From: Planctopirus limnophila DSM 3776 | GTDB taxonomy: Bacteria; Planctomycetota; Planctomycetia; Planctomycetales; Planctomycetaceae | DNA: 32,000 nt | Direction of reading: 5' to 3' | Assembly: GCF_000092105.1 (NCBI RefSeq) | Contig: NC_014148.1 | Span: forward strand, 30,001-62,000 | Part shown: positions 18,141 to 26,950 of the stretch, in pieces | Layout of the letters: each line of letters opens with the position of its first letter | Position numbering within the stretch: position 1 is the stretch's first letter | Program-made: the position numbers and the translations under genes | The notes under the pieces: model-generated | Databases searched by the model: none | What the model saw: the letters and a program-made list of their open reading frames with translations, nothing else | Told to the model about the DNA's origin: nothing

Positions 18141-19274
18141 ATGCAACTGGTTTGTCCACGTGCTGTGCTGTCTGCAGCGTTCACGGTGGTGGGTGCTGTG
18201 GTTCCTTCCCGGACGCCGCGAGAAATTCTGAAGAACGTCAAGCTGGATGCCGTCGCTTCCGGGCCGGGAGCGACCTCTTCGGCCCAACTGACAGGGACAG
18301 ATGGTGACGGTACGAGTATTCGCTTTGATTTGACAGATGTGGAATGCAAAGTGGGTGGCAGTGCCCTGTTGCCCACACAGCGATTAACGTCGATTTTGCG
18401 GGAACTGACAGACGATACTGTCTCGCTGGAAGTCAATGGCGATGCTGTCTGGCTGCGTTGTGGTGGCAGTGAGTTTCGCCTTTCGGCCGAAGATCCAGCC
18501 GACTTCCCGACAGCACCTGAATTCGTCGAAGAAGATTATTTTGTCGTCCCTGCCGATGTCTTTCGCCGGCTGATCAAGCGAACGCTTTTTGCTACTGATG
18601 CTGAGAGCACGCGGTATGCTTTAGGTGGTGTGCTCGTCGAGATTACTGCGGATCAGGTTCGTATGGCTGCGACAGACAGCCGCCGGTTGGCTGTGGCTGT
18701 CGGGGCATGTTCTGTGGAAGGTCAACCTGTCAGTGGCAGCCAGCAGCCCGTGGTTCCTTCAAAAGCGATGTCACTTATTGAGAAGTCACTGGGTGATGAA
18801 GCGACCAATGTCTGCCTCGCGATTCATACCAATGATATTTCCATTCGGGCTGGTCGTGCATCTATTACCACGCAGCTTGTGCAAGGGCGATTCCCGGATT
18901 ATCGCAAGGTGATCCCCGCCCGCTATGAGGCGGAAATTGACCTGGTCGCATCGACCTTCCTGTCAGCCGTGAGACAGTCACAGGTGGTGACCAACGAAGA
19001 GAGCCGGGGCGTCGACTTTACGTTTGCTGAAGGGACATTGAGACTTGCCAGTAAAGCCGCCGACATTGGACAATCGAAAATCGAATTGCCCATCGGCTAT
19101 CAGGGGAGCGAACTGACGATTCGCTTTGACCCTCGGTTCGTGGGAGATTTCCTGCGTGTGCTGGAGGGTTCGTCCACTGTCCATCTGAAGCTGATCAATG
19201 ATGAAAGCCCTGGCGTGTTCACCACGGATGACGATTACACCTATGTAATCATGCCACTCAGCCGCGACAGTTGA
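18141..19274 (+). CDS. dnaN: DNA polymerase III beta sliding clamp
   Basis: The 377-aa product has a typical DnaN N-terminus (L..A...V...VP.R...PIL.NV.L pattern: AVLSAAFTVVGAVVPSRTPREILKNVKLD) and a three-domain length. It ends in ...YVIMPLSRDS. Confidence 0.95.
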   Translation: MQLVCPRAVLSAAFTVVGAVVPSRTPREILKNVKLDAVASGPGATSSAQLTGTDGDGTSIRFDLTDVECKVGGSALLPTQRLTSILRELTDDTVSLEVNGDAVWLRCGGSEFRLSAEDPADFPTAPEFVEEDYFVVPADVFRRLIKRTLFATDAESTRYALGGVLVEITADQVRMAATDSRRLAVAVGACSVEGQPVSGSQQPVVPSKAMSLIEKSLGDEATNVCLAIHTNDISIRAGRASITTQLVQGRFPDYRKVIPARYEAEIDLVASTFLSAVRQSQVVTNEESRGVDFTFAEGTLRLASKAADIGQSKIELPIGYQGSELTIRFDPRFVGDFLRVLEGSSTVHLKLINDESPGVFTTDDDYTYVIMPLSRDS

Positions 19275-19290
19275 TTGTTCGCGTCTGTTT

Positions 19291-19427
19291 TCATACGGAT
19301 TCCAGTATTCGTCTACGCTCCTTGGTATGGGGTGCGCTGGGCCCAAGCGTCTTCGCGAATCCCCAGATCGTGCCGAAAATCGCTGGGGGTTCGAAGACTC
19401 AACCCCAGCCACCCGCCGCGCATTGTT
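19291..19427 (+). repeat. copy 1 of a ~135-bp extragenic palindrome-containing repeat (left arm degenerate)
   Basis: It aligns colinearly with 26951-27087. The 3' 44 nt (atcgctgggggttcgaagactcaaccccagccacccgccgcgca) match copy 2 except for one extra G in a G-run. It starts 17 nt after the dnaN stop. Confidence 0.75.
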
Positions 19428-19470
19428 TTTTGGACTTGGCTCAGCCCGCAGGATTCATGAGTTCAACAAA

Positions 19471-19519
19471 AAGGTCAGGGGTCATGGAAAGTCTCCATCA
19501 CCCCTGACCTTACATTTTT
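19471..19519. terminator. Rho-independent-type terminator between convergent dnaN and the Gfo/Idh/MocA gene
   Basis: An 18-bp stem with one mismatch pairs aaggtcaggggtcatgga (19471-19488) with tccatcacccctgacctt (19494-19511). It is followed by acattttt and preceded by caaaaa, so it could act in both directions. Confidence 0.7.
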
Positions 19520-19564
19520 CACCCGGCGGAAACTTCACCACCAGGAGGAAATCCGATATCGGAG

Positions 19565-20875
19565 TTAGACCACTTTGGTCACACCTGGCGTGGCAATGGG
19601 ATAATTGCCTTCGCTATCGGGCTTCACAGGCATGTCGGCATCCCAGCTCAGTTCCTTGGGGAAGAGACTGATCTGTGAGTTGAGGGCATCGTTCCACTCA
19701 ATGACTTTCCCTGAGTATGTCGCCATGCGGCCCAGGATCGATGTCATCGTGCTGAAAGCGCCGTTATCGGCTTCGTTGTAGGCAACACCACCCTTAATGG
19801 CCTTGAGCAAGTCGTCGTGCTCGACCACGTAAGGATTGGGGCGCGGCCCGCGATAACGCCAATCGTTCCCGGCGGCTGTAATCGAACCGGAAGGATTTGA
19901 AGTTCCCTTCGAGCCATGCACAAATTCAGAGACCTGATTCCAGGTGTTCGGAATATGGCGGCACTGGGAATAAGTGCGGGAACCATCCTTGTATTCGAAT
20001 TCGACGCAGTGATGGTCGTAGATTTCGCCATATCGCTTATCGACACGAACCTGTCGGCCACCCATCCCATTGGCACGGACTGGGTAATCACCCTTCACCC
20101 AGTTACAGACGTCGAGATTGTGAATGTGCTGCTCGACGATGTGGTCACCGCACAGCCAGTTGTAGTAGTACCAGTTACGCATCTGGTATTCCATTTCGCT
20201 CTTGGCGTTTTCGCGCTTGAGCGGTGGTTCCCACACGCCGGCATTGTTCCAGTAGGCCCGCATGGCAATCACATCGCCAATCTGGCCATCCTTGATGCGG
20301 TTGATGGTTTCGATATAGCCAATGTCATGATGTCTCTGGAGACCACAGCCCACCTTAAGGTTCTTTTCTTTGGCCAGCTTGCTGGCGGCCAGCACCTGAC
20401 GGACGCCGGGAGCGTCGGTCGCGACTGGTTTTTCCATGAAAACATGCTTGCCGGCATTAATGGCGTATTCGAACTGCTGAGGGCGGAAGCCTGGAGGAGT
20501 TGCCAGAATCACGAGATCGACACCGCTATCAATCACTTTCTTGAAGGCATCGAAGCCGAAGAAGACCTTGTCGGGAGCAACATCGACTTTGCTTCCCTTG
20601 TCGCCCAGTCCGCCCTTGATACTTCCCACGGCCCGATTGGCGCGATCTTCGAACACATCGCCCACAGCGACCAGCTTGACGTTGTGATCGGTCGAGAGAG
20701 CATCGCGTGCTGCACCTGTTCCGCGTCCACCAGAGCCCACCAGGCCAATGCGGATCACGTCATCACCTTGAGCATAGGCACTTGTGGCCAAGCCCGCCTG
20801 TGCAGCCAGGGCCGCCCCTGCCACCATACCGGTCGTCGCGAGGAACTCCCGACGTGATCCATTCAATTGATCCAT
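19565..20875 (-). CDS. Gfo/Idh/MocA family oxidoreductase with twin-arginine (Tat) signal
   Basis: Starting at ATG 20875 gives MDQLNGSRREFLATTGMVAGAALAAQAGLATSAYA, with GGAGAG upstream. The Rossmann motif is IRIGLVGSGGRGTGAA. The track extension to 21016 adds 47 aa with no signal logic. Confidence 0.9.
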   Translation of the reverse strand: MDQLNGSRREFLATTGMVAGAALAAQAGLATSAYAQGDDVIRIGLVGSGGRGTGAARDALSTDHNVKLVAVGDVFEDRANRAVGSIKGGLGDKGSKVDVAPDKVFFGFDAFKKVIDSGVDLVILATPPGFRPQQFEYAINAGKHVFMEKPVATDAPGVRQVLAASKLAKEKNLKVGCGLQRHHDIGYIETINRIKDGQIGDVIAMRAYWNNAGVWEPPLKRENAKSEMEYQMRNWYYYNWLCGDHIVEQHIHNLDVCNWVKGDYPVRANGMGGRQVRVDKRYGEIYDHHCVEFEYKDGSRTYSQCRHIPNTWNQVSEFVHGSKGTSNPSGSITAAGNDWRYRGPRPNPYVVEHDDLLKAIKGGVAYNEADNGAFSTMTSILGRMATYSGKVIEWNDALNSQISLFPKELSWDADMPVKPDSEGNYPIATPGVTKVV

Positions 20876-21132
20876 AGTTAACTCTCCGGAGGTCGTTTCG
20901 TGATTCAAAACTTCGCTGTCATGAGTGAGCATGCTCTCAATAGGGGTGCCGACCCGCCATTGATCTTCAGCGATAAAACATATCAATAGTCGATCATGCT
21001 TTGCAGCCGAAGGCAAGCGCCGTCGCGGGAAAACTGAACGCGAAAGCCGAACTCATCCTTCGACCGGTGATCATTCAGACTTCATTACGAACTGATGTCT
21101 GAGAAAATGAAGTCTTTCCATCGATTCTGCGG

Positions 21133-22110
21133 CTATTTCTTGAGAATCCAGATGTTCTGAAAGTGAACTTTATCGCCGTGGTTCTGCAGGAAGATGGCCC
21201 CTGGCTTCTGATCTTTCTGGCCACCGCCGGGTGTGGGCTTGAGTTCGAGGTTTTCGTGTATCACCACTCCGTTATGCCGAACGGTGGTTTTGGCAGGTGA
21301 TTTCACATTGCCTGCTTCGTCGAACTTGGCACAAGTGAAATCGACATCGTAAGTCTGCCAGGAAAGTGGCGGCAGGCACATATTCACTCGGGGTTTTGAG
21401 TTAATGTAGATGCCACCGCATTCGTTATCAGCCCCTTCGAGTCCGAATGAATCGAGGATCTGGGTTTCATACTGATCACCCAGGTAGAGCCCGCTGTTGC
21501 CGCGAGCCTGCCCGCGGGCATAGGGCATGTAAGGGGATCGAAATTCGATATGCAGAGTATAGTCTTCGAACTTTTCCTTGGTGCGAGTCCCCACATTCAG
21601 AAGTTTGTCTTCGGTCATGGAAGCTTTGTCCCATTGATCGACATTTGTGCCATCGAACAGCACGACGGCACCTGCAGGTGGTTTTTGCCCCAGTGTGGGT
21701 GACGTTCTTTGGACTTTGTTGAGCTCGACTGATTTGGCCGAGTGCCTCACAACAGCTTTCGTGCCTTCAATGACCACTTCGTAGTCGCTACCAGCCAGCG
21801 AGGTTTTGCCGTCTTTTGTGGCACCATTCAGCTTGAACTTGTCGGTCTTACCTTCGAAGCCGGCTCCAGGGAGCCCACCCTGGTAGAGGACTCCGCGAAA
21901 CTTGCTATCGCCATCGGCAATCACCTGCAGGCCCCAGCCATCAGCCGCATATTCGCCTTGAATGGCAAAATCCGGCCCTGCTGCAGCCGCATCGAGATAG
22001 GCCGTCTTGGGGCCGTCTGCGGCCATCGCCGTATTGTCAACCAGGAAGCAGGCCCCGGCGGCTAACCCTAACGTGAGAACTGTTCGCCAAGTGAAATTCA
22101 TGTGCCGCAT
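21133..22110 (-). CDS. exported DUF1080 (3-keto-disaccharide hydrolase family, PF06439-like) protein
   Basis: It has the signal peptide MRHMNFTWRTVLTLGLAAGACFLVDNTAMA. DUF1080 hallmarks are VVLFDGTNVDQWDKA, NSGLYL, and IFLQNHGDKVHFQNIWILK at the C-terminus. Confidence 0.85.
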   Translation of the reverse strand: MRHMNFTWRTVLTLGLAAGACFLVDNTAMAADGPKTAYLDAAAAGPDFAIQGEYAADGWGLQVIADGDSKFRGVLYQGGLPGAGFEGKTDKFKLNGATKDGKTSLAGSDYEVVIEGTKAVVRHSAKSVELNKVQRTSPTLGQKPPAGAVVLFDGTNVDQWDKASMTEDKLLNVGTRTKEKFEDYTLHIEFRSPYMPYARGQARGNSGLYLGDQYETQILDSFGLEGADNECGGIYINSKPRVNMCLPPLSWQTYDVDFTCAKFDEAGNVKSPAKTTVRHNGVVIHENLELKPTPGGGQKDQKPGAIFLQNHGDKVHFQNIWILKK

Positions 22111-22267
22111 GAGAAAACTCCCGGAATGGTCGATCAGGTGGTGAGGGCAGAGGTTGTCATCGCTCTGCGCGAATCGCAACAAACTCATCCAGAGCAGCTT
22201 ATCCGTTGGCGGGGTGCAATGTCAGCCACTTGCCAGGAAAACTTAATTGGGGTGTGGCGAAACGAAT

Positions 22268-22759
22268 TCAGTCGAGAAATCGCTCACGCTCTCCGGGTTG
22301 TGGCAGGCGGCAGGCGTCGGCCTGTCCAAACATGCGATATCGGTTGCGGGCGATAGAGCGATATATCAGATCGCGAAGAGGCCGGGGGATGATGCTCCCC
22401 AGATGGCCCAGCACTTTCCAGAAGCCACCTAACTCCTGGGCAATGGCCAAGGCAGCGGTGGAATGGCGAAAGAGTTGGCCGTTTTTGGCAACGACCATCG
22501 AATCGAGTTGCTCGCGATCAGCAGCGGGGAGCATCTCAGCCGCTGTGGTTCCTTGCAGAGGTGCGAAGAGGATTGAACCCTGTGGCTGTCGTTTCAAGAC
22601 AAACTGCACCGACTTCTGACACAGCCCGCACTGACCATCGTAGAACAGAATTACCCGGGATGAGGGCTGCACTTTTTGGCTGGCCACTTCACTCAAGGCA
22701 GGCTGACTGTTAGGCCCGACAGCCTGTGAAGTTGCCACTTCGGTGGGAGAGATCGTCAT
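22268..22759 (-). CDS. thiol-disulfide oxidoreductase DCC family (DUF393)
   Basis: The diagnostic motif is ILFYDGQCGLCQKSVQFV, and the size is ~160 aa. Confidence 0.85.
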   Translation of the reverse strand: MTISPTEVATSQAVGPNSQPALSEVASQKVQPSSRVILFYDGQCGLCQKSVQFVLKRQPQGSILFAPLQGTTAAEMLPAADREQLDSMVVAKNGQLFRHSTAALAIAQELGGFWKVLGHLGSIIPRPLRDLIYRSIARNRYRMFGQADACRLPQPGERERFLD

Positions 22760-23052
22760 GGCCTGGCCCTATCGACTTCATCGCTGATCCTTGTGCCCTG
22801 CATGGGCAACAAGCAAAACAGAATTAGCACATCAGCTCTGACATGAGAACCGCAGCCTGATCACGAAACCAACAGCTACTTCCGAATGCTGGTTCACGGA
22901 CCTCATCACTTCGCACTTCATCATTTAGCAATGGCTGTTTGTGACGATTCAGAGCAGCTTTCTTGAAACTTTTACAGGCAGAAATTGCCGAAAAATAGAA
23001 ATTGTTTCCGAACTGCTCGGAGTGATTGTAACGGTTAACTCCAATGAGAATA

Positions 23053-23068
23053 TCGAGTTATAACTCGA
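23053..23068. promoter_or_regulatory. perfect 16-bp palindrome in a divergent intergenic region (candidate operator)
   Basis: The palindrome is TCGAGTTATAACTCGA. It is followed by two GGCGCATGA direct repeats at 23072-23080 and 23090-23098. Confidence 0.25.
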
Positions 23069-23214
23069 CTAGGCGCATGACGGCAAAGTGGCGCATGATT
23101 CGCTCGTCAGAAGTTTGGCACGCCAGCAGGATGCTCAGTGCCAAATCCGGCTCAAAATCGTCCTGAACCGATTTCCGAGCCTCGGACGAACAACATAGAT
23201 CGGAAAGTTTGCGC

Positions 23215-24561
23215 ATGGATGCGACACGGGCCAGAATCGCTCTATTGGCGATTGCGTTCCTTCACTGTTCATTGCTTTCGCTCACGGCACAAGCGGCCAG
23301 CTACCGCACTCCCAACTTTATTGTCACAGCGCCGACCGATGAATTCGCTCGCGTTGTGGGAGAAGCCGCTGAAGAGTTCCGCCGGGACTTGTGCCTCTCC
23401 TGGACAGGTCGCGAAATGCCCCGCTGGGGAAAGCCTTGCCCAATTTCCTGCAAGGTGGGGAACTACCCCGCAGGTGGTGCCACCACGTTCAATTTTGATC
23501 GTGGCGAAGTCTATGGCTGGAACATGGAAGTTCAGGGGACTCCCGAACGAATCCTGGATTCGGTTCTGCCGCATGAAGTCAATCACACGATTTTCGCCTG
23601 CTACTTTCGCCGACCACTTCCTCGCTGGGCCGATGAAGGCGCCGCTTCACTCATCGAACACGAATCGGAAAGAATGCGGCTGGAAAAACTCGCCATCGAA
23701 GCCACGGGTGGACGTCGCAAAATTCCTCTGAGAACACTTCTGGGGATGAAAAACTATCCGCAGGATCAGCGGCAAGTCCTCACCCTCTATGCACAAGGCT
23801 ATCTGCTGGCGGATTATCTCATTGCCAAATCGAGCAAAGGGGAGTACCTCAAGTTCCTCCAGTCTGCTCATGAACGAGGATGGGATCAGGCACTGCAATC
23901 TCATTATGGCTACAGCAACGTCGAGCAGATTGAACAGGAACACGACCGCTGGGTACTCGCTGGCTGCCCAAGGCAGCCCGCAAGACCTGGTGAAATGCTC
24001 GCTGGCAACAATTCACAGCCTGCATCCGAACTCCAGGCGACCAGAACACAGCCAACTGCACCACTGGCGATGGTCGCTTCCAATTCCCCAGGTACGGCTA
24101 GCGAACCCCGTGGATTTTCACTGACTCGACCTTTCGAGCGTCGATCAGCCACTAATTCGAACGTCGATAACTTGCGGGTACGTGGCCAGAATCCAGAAAC
24201 CAGCCAGGCTGTCGCCATTCTGGATCGTACTGAAACCTCCGATGTTCTTGTCGCAGCGACTGCACCTGGCAATCGCCCCGAAAACAGTCGCATCGTACAA
24301 AACGAGGGTTATATTCCGGCTGACCCAGTGGCCAATCTCCGCACGACTGAGATCGAGGATGTAGCCGCTAATACTCAAAAGATTGACCCGCGACTGGCAG
24401 AAGCCCGTGCGGCACTTGCTGCAGCCACACAGGCCATGCAGTCCGGGCCTGTCGCATCCAGCTCAGCTCCAATTAAAGACCGTGCTCAATTAAGCCAGCC
24501 GCTCTTGCAACAGACAGAAATCCCGCAGTTTGAACCACGAGCCACGGCTCGCGTGGAGTAG
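23215..24561 (+). CDS. exported zinc metallopeptidase-like protein (HExxH, peptidase MA-like) with long low-complexity C-terminal tail
   Basis: It has the signal peptide MDATRARIALLAIAFLHCSLLSLTAQA. The motif VLPHEVNHTIF is followed by RWADEGAASLIEHE, a gluzincin-like third ligand. TTG 23209 is an alternative start. Confidence 0.7.
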   Translation: MDATRARIALLAIAFLHCSLLSLTAQAASYRTPNFIVTAPTDEFARVVGEAAEEFRRDLCLSWTGREMPRWGKPCPISCKVGNYPAGGATTFNFDRGEVYGWNMEVQGTPERILDSVLPHEVNHTIFACYFRRPLPRWADEGAASLIEHESERMRLEKLAIEATGGRRKIPLRTLLGMKNYPQDQRQVLTLYAQGYLLADYLIAKSSKGEYLKFLQSAHERGWDQALQSHYGYSNVEQIEQEHDRWVLAGCPRQPARPGEMLAGNNSQPASELQATRTQPTAPLAMVASNSPGTASEPRGFSLTRPFERRSATNSNVDNLRVRGQNPETSQAVAILDRTETSDVLVAATAPGNRPENSRIVQNEGYIPADPVANLRTTEIEDVAANTQKIDPRLAEARAALAAATQAMQSGPVASSSAPIKDRAQLSQPLLQQTEIPQFEPRATARVE

Positions 24562-24598
24562 CCTTTTCCGGTTGCTCACTTCAGACGGGTGGGTGGCA

Positions 24599-24622
24599 GG
24601 GGCGGATGTCTTCATCCGCCCC
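24599..24622 (+). terminator. perfect 10-bp GC-rich stem-loop after the peptidase-like gene
   Basis: ggggcggatg (24599-24608) pairs with catccgcccc (24613-24622) around the loop tctt. Confidence 0.5.
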
Positions 24623-24715
24623 CTGGTCATTCAAGGTCACCCGCACAAATACATCTGACAACATGCATTCATGACTTTTCACGCTGTTCGTTAAAAACGA
24701 TCCGAGTCCCATGAC

Positions 24716-24745
24716 CTGGGGGCAAACGAGGACGTTTGACCCCAG
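24716..24745 (-). terminator. 13-bp stem-loop (1 mismatch) just 3' of the minus-strand exonuclease gene
   Basis: ctgggggcaaacg (24716-24728) pairs with cgtttgaccccag (24733-24745) around the loop agga. It lies 34 nt beyond the stop at 24779. Confidence 0.4.
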
Positions 24746-24778
24746 CCACCCCGTAGCCTTTTTCAATGCATAAATCTT

Positions 24779-25603
24779 TTAAGCGGGTGGAGGCTGCCAA
24801 TCACCCCAATGCGAGAGATAATGCTGATAGGCCGGTGAATTGTCTGCCTGATTTTCCAGCCATGTTTTCGTTTCACCCACCAGTTGTTGCTCACGCTGAA
24901 GTGTCAACTTGCCCTGCAGAACCTGGCTTCTCAGAAAGACAAAATAGGTATCCAGCACATCACAGCGACAGTAGTCGTTGATTTCTTCGTCGCGTCCTTG
25001 ATGATGAAAATCCTGCACCATCGAACCATCGATGCCACTTTTGCCGGGCTTTCCCAGCACGTTGGCCAGGAGATTCAGCCCGCCCGAAAGTCGTGTGGCA
25101 CCAAAGTTCGAGAAAAAGTCGCACAGGTCGAAGTGAGACGAACTGTTATAGCGATTGCGGGGCTGCTCGAATGATCTCAGTTCTAATGAGAACCATGCGG
25201 GGATCGAGAAACCATAGCGCAGTGCCGCCAGTTCCAGCACAGGCATGTCGTAAGAACGGCCATTAAAGCTGACCAGTGTGGGATAGCCATAATGCTGCCA
25301 ACCCTGCCAGAAGAGCTGAGCAATCCGGTGTGGGCGATACTCCGGTGCATCAAGAACGACCAGATCGAGCAGGCGAAACTCGGGATCGATTTTGGCAATG
25401 GCCACCGAGACAGGAAGCATGTAGGTGACGGGGAGAACATCTTTTCCCGTCGTTTCCATCAACTCGGCGCGGTACTTCGCAATGGCTGCCTCTGCCGAGA
25501 GATTTTCACCGGGAAAGCGGATGCGGGAAACCAGCTCACCATCGGCAATCGCTTCAATATCAAACACGAGATAACTGACGGCCGTTCGTTTTTCATCAGC
25601 CAT
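24779..25603 (-). CDS. stand-alone 3'-5' exonuclease related to the PolB exonuclease domain (PF10108-like, RNase H-like fold)
   Basis: DEDDy-type motifs occur in order: [44 protein letters not shown]. The ATG at 25603 (MADEKR...) is preferred, and the track start 25657 is possible. Confidence 0.8.
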   Translation of the reverse strand: MADEKRTAVSYLVFDIEAIADGELVSRIRFPGENLSAEAAIAKYRAELMETTGKDVLPVTYMLPVSVAIAKIDPEFRLLDLVVLDAPEYRPHRIAQLFWQGWQHYGYPTLVSFNGRSYDMPVLELAALRYGFSIPAWFSLELRSFEQPRNRYNSSSHFDLCDFFSNFGATRLSGGLNLLANVLGKPGKSGIDGSMVQDFHHQGRDEEINDYCRCDVLDTYFVFLRSQVLQGKLTLQREQQLVGETKTWLENQADNSPAYQHYLSHWGDWQPPPA

Positions 25604-25774
25604 GGCGAACTTTCTTTCCCGCAATAAACCACCAGTTCCCATGAACAGCCGGGTCATGGATCGCTTTCACACCTTCAGGATTCTCCCAAAAGAATGTCCC
25701 CTTGGGAATCAAGATCCGGTACAACCTGATGACAACCTGCATCTGGAGACTGATGATTTGAGGAGTGTTGGCTG

Positions 25775-26941
25775 ATGAAGATCTGCGAAGTATCGAGGCA
25801 TTGGGGTTCTCTTCTGGATTGGAAAACCATTGGCTTCTGCCTGTCGGGACTGCTGCTGCTGGGCACACTGGAACCAGCTGCGGCCCAGTCGAAATCTTCC
25901 AGAACCAGTGCTTTACAACCGAATACCACGAAGAGTGCTGCCGTTCGAGTTGCCCCGCCTTACAACGACAAAACACCGAAGCGCTACGACCTCACCGCCC
26001 GGGCGAGTGAGATCGATCCCAGAGCCAAAGAGCATCCTGAGATTGGTTTTGTTTTTAACAAAGACGGCAAGCCGCAGGATGTGCAGCATGCCGTCGTCGA
26101 TACGCGCGTCAAACCGCGAGGCAAGCTAGTGATCTGGCTGATGGGCCACAATCAAGGGCTGTTCGAGCGGATCTCTGGCTATGGAATGCATGGCATTCAG
26201 GTGCATTATGCGAATGGCTGGTTTGGCAAGCTCAACAAAGAACCACCACCCGATGAACTCTACCTGGGGCGAATTCGCCTTGAAGCAGCGACGGGCGAAG
26301 ACTTCAGTCCCGACATTGAGATCCCGCTTCCGGACGGCATGGCCGAACGTTCGCGTCAGTTTGTGAAGTGGCTGGCCAAAGAAAATCCTCAGGGGAAATG
26401 GGAGCAATTCCTGACCGAAGAGGGTGATCTCCGCTGGGAAGATGTCATCATGAGTGGGATTTCGCACGGTTCGACGACAGCCGCCCGGTTTGCTGTCCAT
26501 CAGAAGGTGGATCGCGTGGTGATGTTTTCCGGGCCGCGCGATCAATTGGAAGGTTGGTACAAGCTTCCTTCAGCCACGCCGCATGAGCGGTTTTTTGGCT
26601 TTACGCATGTGCTGGATGGTGGCTGGACTGCAGACCATTACTGCCGGTCATGGCTGTTACTGGGGCTCAATGACTTTGGCCCGACTGTGAATGTGGATGA
26701 CGCCAAACCCCCATTCAGCAATACCCGTCGTCTGGTCACGAATGCCAATGTGGGGAACGATGCCAACAATGCTCACGGTGCTTCGGTTCCGGGCGGGCCG
26801 TCTCCCAAAAATTCGAAGGGTGTCTACCTTTATGAGGATGTCTGGAAATACCTGTTCACGCATCCGGTCGATCGGAAGGGCCCGGCAGTCCCTGCAGAAG
26901 CCGATTGCACACTCGAACATAAAGTCAAAGGGAAGAAGTAA
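25775..26941 (+). CDS. exported hypothetical protein, probable alpha/beta-hydrolase fold
   Basis: A signal-like TM segment (IGFCLSGLLLLGTLEPAAAQ) is present, and the RBS GAGGAG lies upstream. There is a nucleophile elbow GISHG in VIMSGISHGSTTAA, with later FSGPRD and NNAHGAS in Ser-Asp-His order. Confidence 0.65.
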   Translation: MKICEVSRHWGSLLDWKTIGFCLSGLLLLGTLEPAAAQSKSSRTSALQPNTTKSAAVRVAPPYNDKTPKRYDLTARASEIDPRAKEHPEIGFVFNKDGKPQDVQHAVVDTRVKPRGKLVIWLMGHNQGLFERISGYGMHGIQVHYANGWFGKLNKEPPPDELYLGRIRLEAATGEDFSPDIEIPLPDGMAERSRQFVKWLAKENPQGKWEQFLTEEGDLRWEDVIMSGISHGSTTAARFAVHQKVDRVVMFSGPRDQLEGWYKLPSATPHERFFGFTHVLDGGWTADHYCRSWLLLGLNDFGPTVNVDDAKPPFSNTRRLVTNANVGNDANNAHGASVPGGPSPKNSKGVYLYEDVWKYLFTHPVDRKGPAVPAEADCTLEHKVKGKK

Positions 26942-26950
26942 AGACGGGAA

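Noticed and set aside
19916-20857. A 313-aa + strand ORF antisense to the Gfo/Idh/MocA gene. The 249-aa minus ORF at 17687-18436, antisense to the FGase gene end and the dnaN start, is similar.
   Set aside because: Both are shadow ORFs. The opposite-strand products have unambiguous family motifs and export signals, while these have none.
23115-23130. A sigma54-like -24 element, TTGGCACG, upstream of the peptidase-like gene.
   Set aside because: The required GC of the -12 element (TTGC) is absent at the correct spacing. The sequence reads TTGGCACGCCAGCAGG.
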